DNA of 64,000 bases from Octopus vulgaris (Eukaryota). Of the stretch, positions 9,253 through 21,169 are shown one piece after another (position 1 is the stretch's first letter; each line of letters starts with the position of its first letter). The stretch spans positions 63,240,001 to 63,304,000 of the forward strand of contig OX597828.1 of the NCBI GenBank assembly GCA_951406725.2, read 5' to 3'. The notes below the pieces were generated by a model. It ran no database searches. It had not been told where the DNA came from and saw only the letters and a list, made by a program, of their open reading frames with translations. A program made the position numbers and the translations under genes.

Positions 9253-12200
9253 CAGAGGTAAAAGGTAAAAGTGGAAACAGCACAGTAGTATGTTGAGAGA
9301 TTCTCTTTACTTTTTTTCTCCGTTAATCAAACACAGTAAGTGTTTTTATATTTGTTTCATTCAGTGATTTTTATAAAATATTACCAGTTTCAATGTGTGT
9401 CCCATCTTATCAAATATAAAAAAAAATCAAAGTCAAGGATTAGGAAATAAGAAAAAATTGGTAATTAAAACATTTTGTTCTCATATTCTATGCGTAATTA
9501 GGAACATGTTCTTGTTTTTCAATCTATCTATCTATCTATCATCATTGTCATTTAATGTCTGCATTCCATGCTGGCATGGGTTGGACGGTTTGACAGAGGT
9601 CTGGCAAGCCAGGAGGCTGCACCAGGCTCCAATCTGATTTGGCAAGTTTCTACAGCTGGGTGCCCTTCCTAATGCCAACCACTCCGAGAGTGTAGTGGGT
9701 GCCTTTTACATGCCACTGACACTGGCATTGGCCACACTTGAATGGTACTTTTTGTGTACCATCGGTACAGGTATCAGTCAGGTATTACTGGCATTATGTA
9801 TGCATGCAAACAGGGGTGTGTGTCTACCCTAGTGTTGACACCATGTGATGCTTACAGCTGGACATCCCTCTTCTACAAGTCATTTCCAATCTTTCATGAA
9901 AAAAAAATGATCTTACTTGGGAACAGGTTAGGGTTGGTGACAGGAAGGGGATCCAGCTGTAGGAAATCTCACTCAATGACTTTCGTCTGATTCATGCAAG
10001 GCTAGCAAAGTGGTGGTGATAGGATTAAATATATGATAATCTTGTAATCTCGTGGAGTGAACATGGGATTACACATCGGAGGAATTTACAGCACAAGTAA
10101 CAACACCTAGGTAGACATAGCTGTTAAATTCTGACCGATGTGGTTAGCCGTAACTGGGAACATAACTGACAGCTACCATGGCATTCACCCAAATAACATA
10201 TCTCTCTAAACTCACACACACACACAGAGGTTTGGCTCTGTGGTTCTGCATTCAGTCCCACTGTGAAATATCTCTAGCAAGTATCTTCTATAATAATCCT
10301 GGGGCAAGTCAAAGCCTTGTGAGTTGGTTTTCATAGACAGAAAATGAAAAGGACAAAAAGTGGGTTAGCATCAGAGAGGGCATTGAGCCATAAAACACTG
10401 ACTGCAAGACACCAGTCCATCCTGGACCATCACAGAAAAGCATGTAGCATAAAAACAATGTTGATGATGATGGTATCTAGGACTAGATTCCCTAACAATA
10501 TTTTCATGTTTTTAAAGAGTGCCAAAGAAATTTGTGAACTAACTGGGATCTCATGATACCCAAGGGTATCGCAGACAGCAGCGAGAGGGGTCACATTTAA
10601 AGACACTGGGTTTAGTTCAGTTTGAGATAAGTAAAGGGATGAGGAGAAGATGGTAGAGAGGAGGAGGAGGCTGAGTTGAAGAAGTATGTTGTACTTACGC
10701 ATCACATCCCGACACAACCTGGTGCCATGGTCTTTGATGTCAAGTCTTCGGAATAATTCAATCATTTTCTCTTCATATTCCTCCAGGATGTTGTCACACT
10801 GGAACACACACACAAAAAAAAGGTCAGGTTAATAGGGTGTGGTGGTGTGGAATGGTATTAAGATGACCAATGGTACATGGTGGGGCACAACTGGTATGGT
10901 GCCATTGTGTTAATTTGGTGAGGAGTCAGATCCTAATTTAGTTGTTTAATTAAGTGAATGTGCAATTAATTAAATTACGTGGTTTGGAGATGAGATTGTG
11001 GCTGAATATTCCATGCGCTCAAGTATACTTTAATATAACTTTTAAGGTGAATCAGCAAGATACAATCTGTGACAAAACTAGTCTGTTGAAAGGGCTTCAC
11101 ACAGTTTTCTGCATTAGATATGCAACGGCCTGCTAATATAACAAATGGCTGAATGGCATAATGACAGAACTTGAGTGTGAATGGTACAGTGTATCATCAT
11201 CATCATCGTTTAACGTCCGCTTTCCATGCTAGCATGGGTTGGACGATTTGACTGAGGGCTGGCGAACCAGATGGCTGCACCAGGCTTCAATCTTGATCTG
11301 GCAGAGTTTCTACAGCTTGATGCCCTTCCTAATGCCAACCACTTCGAGAGTGTAGTGAGTGCTTTTACGTGCCACAGGCACGGGTGCCAGTCAGGCGGTA
11401 CTGGCAACGACCTTGCTTGAATCTTTTTACACATGCCACCGGCACAGGTGCCAGTAAGGTGATGCTGGTAACGATCACGCTCGAATGGTGCCTTTTATGT
11501 GCCACTGGCATGGAGGCCAGTTAGCCGCTCTCACAACGATCATGCTCGGATGGTGCTCTTAGCACCCTACTAGCACGGGGCTCAAGTGCCAGTAAGGCTA
11601 CAATTTGTATCAGCTGTTGACAGCTGTTGAGCAGAAAGAAAGGAGATCTATTGCAAGAGCAGCAACAACAACTGGTCTTCCATACAAACTTGCCCTCACC
11701 TGTACACTGAAGATGACACACTCTAAGATAGCTTTATCCACACTCAACCATCACAGAACTACATCTAAAGGGTTCAAGTAAAGATCCGTTATTTTATGAG
11801 ATGTAAAGACGCCAAAGTCAAGGCAAAAGGTGTAATAACCGTCTCTAATATAGATAAAAGGCCTGAAATTGTAGGTAAGGTTGATTTAAACGAGATTAGA
11901 ACATAAAACATGAAGGGACATAGCTCATTACTACAGAACATAATCAGAGAGGAGCAAAGAAAAGATATAAGGGAGATAACTCTGCTCTATTTGGCACACG
12001 TGCTGGCAGAATCGGGTGCACGGCAGGCGGAAGAGTTAACGCTTTTTTTGTACGTCTATACGTTTTGAGTTCAAATTCTGCCGAGGCAGACTTAGCTTTT
12101 CATCATTTTAGGGGCGATAAAAAAAGTACCAGTTAAGCACTGGGGTCGATGTAATTGACTTAATTATTCCTGGGTAAGAGTTTAAAAAACTGCATCGCTC

Positions 12201-15200
12201 TGCTAAGCCAGTGTAGCAGGTAGGCTGATCAAAGCAGCATGATCTCAAGTTCAAATTCACGGCCTCCACATCAGACTGTGGTTGGGTGGAGAGAACATGA
12301 TGAGGCCTTCGTCCTGCAGTGGAATGAACACAGGCAATCCAATCCAACACATGTAAAACATGCTCCTTCAGTTTCTGCTTGGGGCTGAAGTAGAAGACCC
12401 CGGCCCAACAAGCCACGCAATGGGATTGAACTTGAAACAATACGGTTGAGAAGCGAACTTCTTAATCATACAGCCATAACCCTGGCTTACAGTCGAAAAC
12501 ACTCAACAGGGTGCCACATAGTGGGACTGGACCCCAAACCACTTGGTTTGCAAAACCCTTGTATAAGAAACTGTGGCTGTGATATGAAACCCAGATCCAT
12601 GGCACTGCAAACCAAACAACCAAACCAATAATAGGTTTTGGTAAAATTAAGACAATGCTGGCACCTCTTACCATATATTTTAGTTTCTCTGAGAGTTCAG
12701 AATTTACTTTGAAGTCATCAAGTGACACAGCTTCCCCATTGTACGTCATCGTCCGAATTAAGCTCTTCTTTCCCAGTTTGTTTGTAGTCTCAGCATAATG
12801 TTTCGTAGATTCACACAAATTTTCCATAATCTCTACTAAATGAAGCTCGGATCTTCCATACGGAACCTGGAAAATATAACAAAAAACCCCAGTGAAATTG
12901 GAATATTGCATGGAACCATTGTTTATTAAACAAACAAAACCAGAAAAGTGAATGTTCAAATGATGAGGAGAGTAATTTTCCTGTTGTTTAGTTCCAAGTT
13001 GACTCTCATTGAGCAGAACCATAGCATTCCAACTGTGACCACCCTGTCCTTTTCCCAGGCATAGTGTATCTCAGGTGACATTACTCAAAAGTGGTCTTGT
13101 CTCTTTTAAGAAGATAGGATGTGGCTTGAGGGTGATTTGCCTATTACTTTTAGCAGGTCAAGCAACCACATTGTGATCACTATTGAACATCATTTCTCTT
13201 GTGCATATATAAATGAAATGTTAACTCCTTACCGTGTACTCCTGATCATCAATATTTAGTAGACCCTCCCTAAGAAACTCCATCCACAGTACTCCCTGTC
13301 TGACAAAAGTTTATACTCTGTACTCCTTCGCCAGAAGCTTCTCTCTGACCAATCAAGCATCTTTACAGACAGATGTCTGTCTGTTTGACCTCCTCTTTGT
13401 TTTATATTTGTAGGATCTTAATGGAGAGGGTAAGAAGCTGTGATCCTTACAGAAGGGTACAGGGCATAAGACCTAATTTGCTAGCTGAATGGCTGGTTGT
13501 AACTGTAAGAATTGAACTCATGCCCACTTGGCTCATAACCCAAAAAACATTGCAACTTACTCCACTTGGTATCCTGCACCACCACCTCTGAGGTAACCAT
13601 GGCAATGATGACAACAACATGGAACTACCAGCATCAAGCACAAAAATAAACTCCCCATGTCAGTTGTAAGGACACAGTAACCCTTCAAAAATTCCATGTT
13701 CCCTCAAATTCCCCAACACCACTCCTGACCTGCCTACACACCCTTTCCTCTTCTTTATGGTACCTTTACTGTTCCCTTCTGTCAACTGGACATATGTATT
13801 TTTGCCTATCTCCATTGTCCTTCTTTACTCACCTATGACTGCTCTCTGTCTCCTTTTTTTAACCATTTTCTGATGACTTGTAGCAGACCTCGTTACTCTA
13901 TACATCTGTCTTCACAGTCTGCATAGAGGTCGACTTTGCCTTTCATCCTTTGGGGGGTGTCAATGAAATAAGTAGCAGTTGAGTACTGGAGGGTCAATGT
14001 AATCGACTTACCTCCTCCCCCGAACTTGCTGTCCTTTATTATTATTACTATTATTGAGAAAGTGGTCAGCTATCAGAATCACTAGCTCTTGCTGGACAAA
14101 ATTCTTGGCTGTATTTTGTCCATCATTTTGTTCTAGGGTTCAAATTCTGCTGAAGTTAAATTTGCTTTTCATTTTTTGGGATTAATGAAATAAGGACCAG
14201 TTGAGCACTGGAGTTGATATTATCAACTGACCCCTTCTCTTAAATTTCTGGCCTTGTGCCTATAATAGAAAGGATTACTATTATTGAAGGTGATGAGCTG
14301 GCAGAATCGTTAACACACTGCAGAAAATGGTTAGTGGCATTTTTCCAGCTTTAAGTTCTGAGTTCAAATCCCAATGAGACCGACTTTGCCTTTGATCCCT
14401 TTTTGAGTCACTAAGTACCAGAAAAGCATTGTACCCAGAGTAGAAAGGATCATTATAAAATATTATTCTATGTGTCTGACCAGGAGAGGGAGAGCAGCAG
14501 GCATGACCCTTTTCAGGGTCTTTGAAACCACTGTATGGAAGGGAGGAAGTTACTCACAGACTGGAGACCCAATCCAAATGCTTGCAACAGGAAGGACCAA
14601 AGGTCAAAGTGGTGGAACAATTACTAGAATAGATTTAACCCTATGTCAGAAAACAATTCACAACAACAAGAGTAGCAACACATTCTCTATTCCCTGATCT
14701 TGCTGTCCATCCGTCAACTGATCCCTGATTCCCACCAAGTGTCCTTACCTCGTGTGTATTTTGATTACCATCTGGGTCGACACGAAAACTTCCAACTTGA
14801 ACTTTTTTCTTTGGGTCTACAAGATTTATTCTATAATTTGTTTCTCCTACAAGAACTCGGCAAACTGGAAGGAAAGAAAAGAAAAGAATGAGAATAATAA
14901 AGATGGAAATAAACTGAGCATAGCTGATAACACTAAATATCATGTCTGCTATGTACAGATATACGTATGAAGTTATTTTATACTATGAATGGCTGTGTGG
15001 TAAGTAGCTTGCTTACCAGCCACATGATTCCGGGTTCAGTCCTGCTGCATGGCACCTTGGGTAAGTGTCTTCTAATATAGACCCGGGCCGATCAAAGCCT
15101 TGTAAGTGGATTTGGTAGACGGAAACTAAAAGAAGCCCGTCGTATATATAAATATATGTGTGTGTGTGTGTGTATGTTTGTGTGTCTGTATTTGTCCCCT

Positions 15201-15930
15201 AACATCACTTGACTACCAGTACTGGTGTGTTTACATCCTCGTAACTTAGCTGTTTGGCAAGAGAGACCGATAGAATAAGTACTAGGCTTACAAGGAATGA
15301 GTCTTGGGGGTGATTTGCTTGACTAAAGGTAGTGTTACAGCATGGCCACAGTCAAATGACTGAAACAAGTAAAAGAAAAGAATAGAAGAGGAAGAGGGGA
15401 AGAAAAAGGGGGAGGAGGAGGAAATGAAGAAGAAAAAGTCCTTGTTGAGATAAGAAGAAAAAGTAGAATATTTTTTACTTGTTCCAGTGTACTGAGGCCA
15501 TGCTGGAGCAGAAACCTGAAGGGTTTTAATGGATCAACATCAATATTTATTGATTGGTTCTTTTATTAAACTGTTGGGTGTTGGGGACAAAAACAAACCA
15601 ATACTGGTTGTTAAGAATTGGTGGTGACACACACACACACATACATTCAACAGGGTTCTTTCAGTTTCTGTCTACTAAATCCATTCACAAGATTTTGGTG
15701 AGGATTGAACCTGAGATCACATGATTGGAAAGCAAACATTTTATTATATTTTCTTAATGAATTAACTTTAACTAGGATTGAAACTGCAATGCATGCATTA
15801 AAGTTCCCTTACCTGCACATTTCATTTCTTCAATGTTGGACTTTGCCTCAACCGCTGAGAGAAATAGAAGTAGTAGCAGAGACAAGAAGATGGACACTGG
15901 CCATAGCAACCTTGAGGGTGAGTACTGCAT
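7625..15930 (-). CDS. CNPY2: Protein canopy homolog 2 / seele-like ER saposin-fold protein, 248 aa; coding exons 15930-15813, 14864-14749, 12866-12672, 10798-10699, 7842-7625
   Basis: The spliced CDS (118+116+195+100+218 = 747 nt, all GT-AG, phases consistent) reads MQYSPSRLLWPVSIFLSLLLLLFLSAVEAKSNIEEMKCAVCRVLV...VDPKKKVQVGSFRVDPDGNQ...VPYGRSELHLVEIMENLC...CDNILEEYEEKMIELF...LCRDVMRVC...NEEL*. Six saposin cysteines and CNPY2 signature motifs (VDPKK.xQ.GSFR..PDG.Q, VPY.RSE.HL, C..I.EEYE). Confidence 0.93.
9030..9207 (-). mobile_element. SINE/RTE-tail-like repeat family C with (ATG)n tail; further copies near 9550-9720, 11195-11600 and 16678-16790
   Basis: Recurrent CATCATC..TTTAACGTCCGCTTTCCATGCTAGCATGGGTTGGACG...GGATGCCCTTCCTAACGCCAACC module. 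Confidence 0.75.
10699..10798 (-). CDS. CNPY2: CNPY2-like coding exon 4
   Basis: Acceptor TGTGTTCCAG, donor GTAAGT; CDNILEEYEEKMIELFRRLDIKDHGTRLCRDVM. Confidence 0.92.
11195..11600 (-). mobile_element. Longer family C copy with internal GTGCCAGT/CACG sub-repeats
   Basis: Same head as 9030-9207, followed by repeated TGCCAC...GTGCCAGT units. Confidence 0.7.
12672..12866 (-). CDS. CNPY2: CNPY2-like coding exon 3
   Basis: Acceptor TTTTCCAG, donor GTAAGA; VPYGRSELHLVEIMENLCES...LSEKLKYM. Confidence 0.93.
13925..14450 (+). mobile_element. Three tandem SINE family A copies in a CNPY2 intron
   Basis: Repeated GAGCTGGCAGAATC...GTTCAAAT...TTTGCCTTTCATCC...AAGTACCAG modules separated by (TAT)n. Confidence 0.8.
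14749..14864 (-). CDS. CNPY2: CNPY2-like coding exon 2
   Basis: Acceptor TTTCCTTCCAG, donor GTAAGG; CRVLVGETNYRINLVDPKKKVQVGSFRVDPDGNQNTHE. Confidence 0.93.
14989..15381 (+). mobile_element. Near-complete SINE family B (tRNA head, CORE-like CCTTGGG.AAGTG segment, LINE-like tail)
   Basis: TGGCTGTGTGG (A-box-like), GGTTCAGTCC (B-box-like), tail CAGCATGGCCACAGTCAAATGACTGAAACAAGTAAAAGA. Opposite-strand copies near 15478-15740 and 25070-25390. Confidence 0.85.
15813..15930 (-). CDS. CNPY2: CNPY2-like coding exon 1 (signal peptide); not present in the ORF track
   Basis: Acceptor TTAATTGCAG directly followed by ATG; hydrophobic core SIFLSLLLLLFLS with VEA cleavage-like site; donor GTAAGG in phase 1, matching the next exon. 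Confidence 0.88.
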
Positions 15931-16149
15931 CTGCAATTAAATGAAGGTTTTATGACAAGGCATTGCCAGGGTTTGAAAGCAGAGAGGAAAGAGCTGGAAG
16001 AAACAACACTAAGCATTTTGGCCAATGTGCTAATGATTCTGCTAGTTGACCTCTTGGAACTCAATGTAGTTCTTGGACACAAATGGTTCCTGTCAAACCA
16101 TCCAACCCGTGTTCCAGCAAGGAACACGGACGTTAAATGATGTTGAAAG

Positions 16150-16345
16150 TCAGGAACTAGATAGAGAAATGGAGAAACTGTGGAAGAAAGAAGGAAACAT
16201 GTGGAAATTATTCCTTTGATAATTGGTGCACTTGGCATAACACCCAAAATGCTGCCTACAAGAACTGAGATTCAGATATTGTCAATCTGCAGAAAGGCGT
16301 CATCCTATATTTTGTAAGAATCCTAAGAAAGATTCCTGAGATTTG
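16150..16345 (+). mobile_element. R4/Dong-type LINE C-terminal fragment
   Basis: Reads VEIIPLIIGALGITPK...LQKGVILYFVRILRK, typical of the end of restriction-like endonuclease non-LTR elements. Confidence 0.65.
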
Positions 16346-16888
16346 AGAGAATGGTGTTCTAACCAAAGATCAAAATTACAGCCCTGCTAACTAAAATGTC
16401 ATTGCTTCATAATAATAATTTGGTAGAAAATGGTAAGAGCCAGAATATGGAGTGATGGAAGAGTTAACCGAAAGAAGGCTGGTCTTTGATTGGTATTTAT
16501 TTTATCAACTGCTAAGTCATATGGTCGTGTGGTGAAGTAGTTTGCTGTGCAATCACATTTTACCAAGTTCAATTCCAGTGCAAAACCTTGGACAAATGCC
16601 TTCAAATCTTCCACTACAGTTTTGGGTTGATTAATATTTTTTGAGTGGAATTTAGGAGATGAAAGCTGCAGAAGTCCATCATTTAACGTCCACTTTTTCA
16701 TGCTTGCATGGGTCAGATGGAATTTGTTGAGGCAGATTTTCTACAGCTGGATGCCCTTCCTGCCACTAACCCTCACCTGTTTCCAAATAAGGAAATGTTT
16801 CCTTCCAAGGCCAGACATGTTGTTTGTACTTGTTATGATAATGAAACGTGTTTACAATGATCACATATCAAGACAAAGATACACACAA

Positions 16889-16955
<67 letters not shown>

Positions 16956-18144
16956 ATCATTTGCATGTTTTATTGGTGTATACCAGTGGAAGATATAAAT
17001 ATTCAGTGATGTTAAAAAGTCCGTTGACATGATTGTTCTGCAGCATGTTACAGATACTCCCTTGTCAGGAATAAGGCAATAAACCAGTGACTGATTCATT
17101 GTCAATCTATAATGTATGACTCTTGCAGTTTTCCTTTATATTTTGAGTTCACATCACACCAAAGTCAACTTCGTCTTTCAGGGGGTCAATAAAATAAAGT
17201 ACTGAGGATTGATGTGACTAATCCCGCCCACCACCTCCCCACTTAAAATTGCTGGCCTAGTGCTTAAACTGGAAACATTAACAAAGCATGGAAAAGTGGA
17301 TTTCAATAATGGTGACGAAACGAATGACATTGGAATAAAATACAAGACTGACTCTGGCAAGATTCGATCCTTCTAACCTGTCAGAAAGACAATATCTCCC
17401 ACTTTGTCAATTGTTTAAACTCACGCCAGTCTATAACCAAATGAGACAAAGAATATCCTATCTTACTCCCATCTGACCTAGTGTATCTTCGACTACATTA
17501 ATCTGATGCATGCTTCCTTTGTTAAGATGTTAGGGTGAGCTCCGAAGGAGATTTGGTCGTTTCTTGCTGGTCTGTTTGGATCGTCTATCTGCCGAGTCTG
17601 ACATTCGTCTTTCTTTTTATCTATCTAATCAAGCTGTGCGTCTCACATCTGTCTGTCTGCTGATGTATCTGTTTCCTAGTTTAATACACGTCTATCTAAC
17701 TATATCTGCTTCTCAATTAGCCAGCCCGTCCATCTATCTGTCCAGCAACTCATATCTACCTGTCTCATCCATCCGACTGTCCCATATATATATATATATA
17801 TATTTTATGAGTCTCACATATATACACATATCTATCTATATATAAGATATTGAAATTTCCTTTTTAACCTGCCTTGTTTTGGGGTTAAAAAATTTTAAAC
17901 ACACACATTTATATAGATATACCATTCAGATTGTGAAACTCTGACAGAGAAGCGACGAAACCCGACACCGAAAAGTGTCAACAGAAATAATTAATTATAG
18001 ATTTAGATTGCAGAGAATGATAAACATGAAACACACACATCTACATGTATATATAAATATTTATATATATATATATATACACACATATAAATATCGAAAG
18101 CTGGACGACACTGTATTAATTTATAAGCGATATTCAATACTTAC

Positions 18145-18300
18145 CTCTAAATAAATAAATAACTTAAGAAGAAAGCCGCTTCTATATATGTATATCTATA
18201 TACATATATATTAATTTATATATACAAACAACAGTATATCTATCTATCTATATCTCTCTCTATATACGGCAACTAAGCAGTGTGTGTGTGTGTGATGCTT
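18145..18300 (-). other. Putative non-coding first exon of the CNPY2-like gene
   Basis: Strong donor GAG|GTAAGTA at 18145/18144, just downstream of the promoter motifs. The first coding exon begins at a splice acceptor, so an upstream exon is required. The 5' boundary is approximate. Confidence 0.55.
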
Positions 18301-18339
18301 TCAGTGAAATTCCTCTCCAATTCTTCTCCGCAAACTCGG

Positions 18340-18358
18340 CGTGGCCAAAACTGATTGG
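18340..18358 (-). promoter_or_regulatory. ER stress response element (ERSE) CCAAT-N9-CCACG
   Basis: Minus strand CCAAT-CAGTTTTGG-CCACG, an exact consensus with 9-nt spacer, upstream of an ER-resident protein gene. Confidence 0.75.
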
Positions 18359-18383
18359 ATTCAGGGGCAGAGAATTCAACATG

Positions 18384-18393
18384 CACTTCCGGT
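18384..18393 (-). promoter_or_regulatory. ETS-family (GABP/ELK-type) site ACCGGAAGTG
   Basis: Plus strand CACTTCCGGT, 25 nt upstream of the ERSE; a typical housekeeping-promoter motif. Confidence 0.55.
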
Positions 18394-18420
18394 TAACGAT
18401 CAGATTTTTGTGAACGGTAC

Positions 18421-18970
18421 ATTTATTGTTTATTTATTTATTTGTTTATTGTTAACTGTTTATTTGTTTGTTTATTTATTTGTTTATTGTTAACTGTTTA
18501 TTTATGTATTTGTTTATTGTTAACTGTTTATCTATTGTTTATTTATTTGTTTATTTATTTGTTTATTGTTAACTGTTTATTTATTTATTTGTTTATTGTT
18601 AACTGTTTATTTGTTTGTTTATTTATTTGTTTATTGTTAACTGTTTATTTATGTATTTGTTTATTGTTAACTGTTTATCTATTGTTTATTTATTTGTTTA
18701 TTTATTTGTTTATTGTTAACTGTTTATTTATTTATTTGTTTATTGTTAACTGTTTATTTGTTTGTTTATTTATTTGTTTATTGTTAACTGTTTATTTATG
18801 TATTTGTTTATTGTTAACTGTTTATCTATTGTTTATTTATTTGTTTATTTATTTGTTTATTGTTAACTGTTTATTTATTTATTTGTTTATTGTTAACTGT
18901 TTATTTGTTTGTTTATTTATTTGTTTATTGTTAACTGTTTATCTATTGTTTATTTATTTGTTTATTGTTT
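18421..18970. repeat. T-rich minisatellite with a 147-bp higher-order unit (about 3.5 copies)
   Basis: Unit-defining GTTAAC at 18451, 18598, 18745 and 18892; sub-units of 38/30/49/30 bp. Confidence 0.9.
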
Positions 18971-19649
18971 CTCGTACTTGTTTATGTTTATTTTATTTGT
19001 CATAATTTTGAGATTATATTATTTTCACCATTGTTGTTTGGGTCTTTATCGTTCTTAGTTTCGATCTAAATAGCTTCAAATGATGATAACGATAATACTG
19101 CTGCTGCTGCTGCTGTTGTTGTTAAGGGTGATTAGGTGATGGTCTAGGGCTTAAGGGCGGGAGACCCCAGACCTTGGGGGAAAAAAACAAAAACTTTGGT
19201 CGTCTTGTTGTAGTCGAGGGCTCTTCGTTGACGCCCGACACCACTGGGAGGTGGCCCACGAAGTCGCTGGAAATGGAGATCTCCAAGTCCAAATTCTTGA
19301 ACAGCTGCTGCTGGGGTCGAGTGTGGGTGATGTTGATGATGATGATAATATTTTTTACGGATCTTTTCCTTTTGAACGGCACTTTGTAACATAATTTCTA
19401 GGTAACTAAAAAGTTTTAAACTTCGTATACTGGTAGAATGTGTTTATAAAACATCATTTTCTCTTGGCTTTATTGAGAAAATTCTATAGTTTGTAAGATA
19501 TTTCGTCTGAAATTACTTGCATTTCTGCAATTTTAACCAATCGCTGACGTCCATTTAGGTAAATAACATTCTGTGCATAATGAATATGTCCCTCCTTTAA
19601 GAAACAGATTGGGTTTATTTACATTTGTGAAGAAAAAAAGATACCCTTC

Positions 19650-20126
19650 CCCAACTCCTTTAAAGGCCTCTCCGAAAAGATACAAAATATATGCGGCCCA
19701 TATGACATCAGGACAGTATTCAAGAGTAATACAACACTTCACAAATATCCCCTTCGACTAAAAGCACCAATAGAAGAGAATATGACCAAGAACTGCGTGT
19801 ACTCCATCCCATGCAGCTGTGGTAGGTTATACAAAGGCGAAACATGCCGCCCCCTCAAAATAAGAGTAGACGAACATCGCAAAGCTGTGACACGGGGAAA
19901 TATTGATAAATCAGGTATAGCTGATCATGTATGGAAAAATGGAGACCACCTCCTCCTGTGGGATGAAGTTAAAATAATAGACAGAGAACACCACTGGAAA
20001 ATACGAAAGCTAAAAGAAGCAGCACATATGCTAGGACACAACAACCTCTTAAGCAGACCGAGTGAAGATATGAGTAGCATATGGGAACCGGTATTAAGGA
20101 ATGATAGGAGAATATTAGATTTATAA
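19650..20126 (+). mobile_element. Penelope-like retroelement 3' coding fragment (linker plus GIY-YIG endonuclease)
   Basis: KGLSEKIQ...YDIRTVFK, then KNCVYSIPCSCGRLYKGET.RPLKIRVDEHRK...KSGIADH...W...RKLKEA, the PLE GIY-YIG signature. Confidence 0.88.
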
Positions 20127-20145
20127 GCCCTAAAATCAACTCCAC

Positions 20146-20252
20146 AGGCATATGGCGTAGAGCGTGGGCTACTAACCCCAAGATTCCGAGTTCGATTCCA
20201 GGCAGTGATTTGAATAATAATAATACTAATACTACTAATAATAATAATAACG

Positions 20253-20302
<50 letters not shown>

Positions 20303-20303
20303 G

Positions 20304-20359
<56 letters not shown>

Positions 20360-20381
20360 GATAATAATAATAATAATAATG

Positions 20382-20435
<54 letters not shown>

Positions 20436-20976
20436 GCCTTGATGCAGTACCAGACAGTGGTTCTCGTGGCTTCTGATCTTAACTGATTAGAAGTGTTATC
20501 ATGTACTTTGTATTGTCTTGGTATAAAAGATGAGCTACAGCAAATATTCTGCTCAATACCACAGATTTGCTTGTCAGTTGTTTGACCTTAACCAGTTGAG
20601 CATGTCCCTTGGTGGTTGACGATATGTGCATCTCTGATCACGAGCAGAAGTAGTGGGGGAGCATCATAGCCATGTGCTGAGAGGAATTCTTTGGGGTTTG
20701 AATAATTCACATCTGGAAACATGGGTGTTGCGTTCAACATCCTTAAACAACCCTTATTTAGGGACCCTTTGAGCGGGATTGGTTACTCGATCAAGAGAAA
20801 ATTCTAACTGGGCCCCACCTGCAAGGTCATGTGCTGTTTATCTTAATATGAGATCACCATGTCACGCACATATGGTTGTGATGCATGTGCCTAGTGCACC
20901 CTTATCAGACGGGTATACTGGGCTTCGTATAGTTTACCTCAGGGTCACTTTGATGGCATGCACTGCTCTCTCACTC

Positions 20977-21030
<54 letters not shown>

Positions 21031-21060
21031 CAACAATAACAACAACAGCAACAACATCGA
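20146..21060 (+). mobile_element. Composite SINE-like repeat: tRNA-like head, (AAT)n, ~540-bp body, (AAT)n tail
   Basis: GAGTTCGATTCC B box near 20188-20199; body end (ATGGTTGTGATGCATG..CCTAGTG.ACCCTTATCAGACGGGTA...CTCACTCAATAAT) recurs at 58585-58705. Confidence 0.6.
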
Positions 21061-21088
21061 ATGAGAACCCAGGTTCGAAATTTCCCAA

Positions 21089-21134
21089 GACACCTGATGA
21101 AGGCTGGATGGTATATCAACCGAAACTTTGTGTT
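21089..21134 (+). ncRNA. Minimal type I hammerhead-ribozyme-like motif (Penelope pLTR type), probably mutated
   Basis: GACAC-CTGATGA-A-GGCTGG...TCAACC-GAAAC-TTT-GTGTT. Stem I GACAC/GTGTT and stem II (one mismatch) form; stem III/cleavage triplet is altered (TTT instead of GTH). Confidence 0.6.
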
Positions 21135-21169
21135 AACAACAAACAAGATGAAGACAAATAAATAATGTA

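Noticed and set aside
12462-13022. 186-aa ORF as a stand-alone gene (likewise 10430-10813 and 14641-14943)
   Set aside because: Only the internal parts bounded by AG/GT sites are CNPY2-like exons; the rest is intron read-through.
17035-17072. Possible further hammerhead on the minus strand (CTGACAA-GGGAGTATCT-GTAAC)
   Set aside because: Both conserved boxes are mutated and no convincing stem I or III; too degenerate to call.
17922-18030. Candidate signal-peptide exon for CNPY2 (LFLLTLFGVGF...)
   Set aside because: Preceded by in-frame stops with no ATG; the exon at 15930-15813 supplies the start, signal peptide and correct phase.
18421-18970. CRISPR-like appearance of regularly spaced GTTAAC repeats
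   Set aside because: Spacers are themselves repeated low-complexity sequence, the context is eukaryotic, and there are no cas genes.
18442-19005. 187-aa hydrophobic repeat ORF
   Set aside because: Translation of the 147-bp T-rich minisatellite, with a non-ATG start.
20146-20206. Possible tRNA gene (also 42390-42445)
   Set aside because: A/B boxes are present but no complete cloverleaf or acceptor stem; these are SINE heads.
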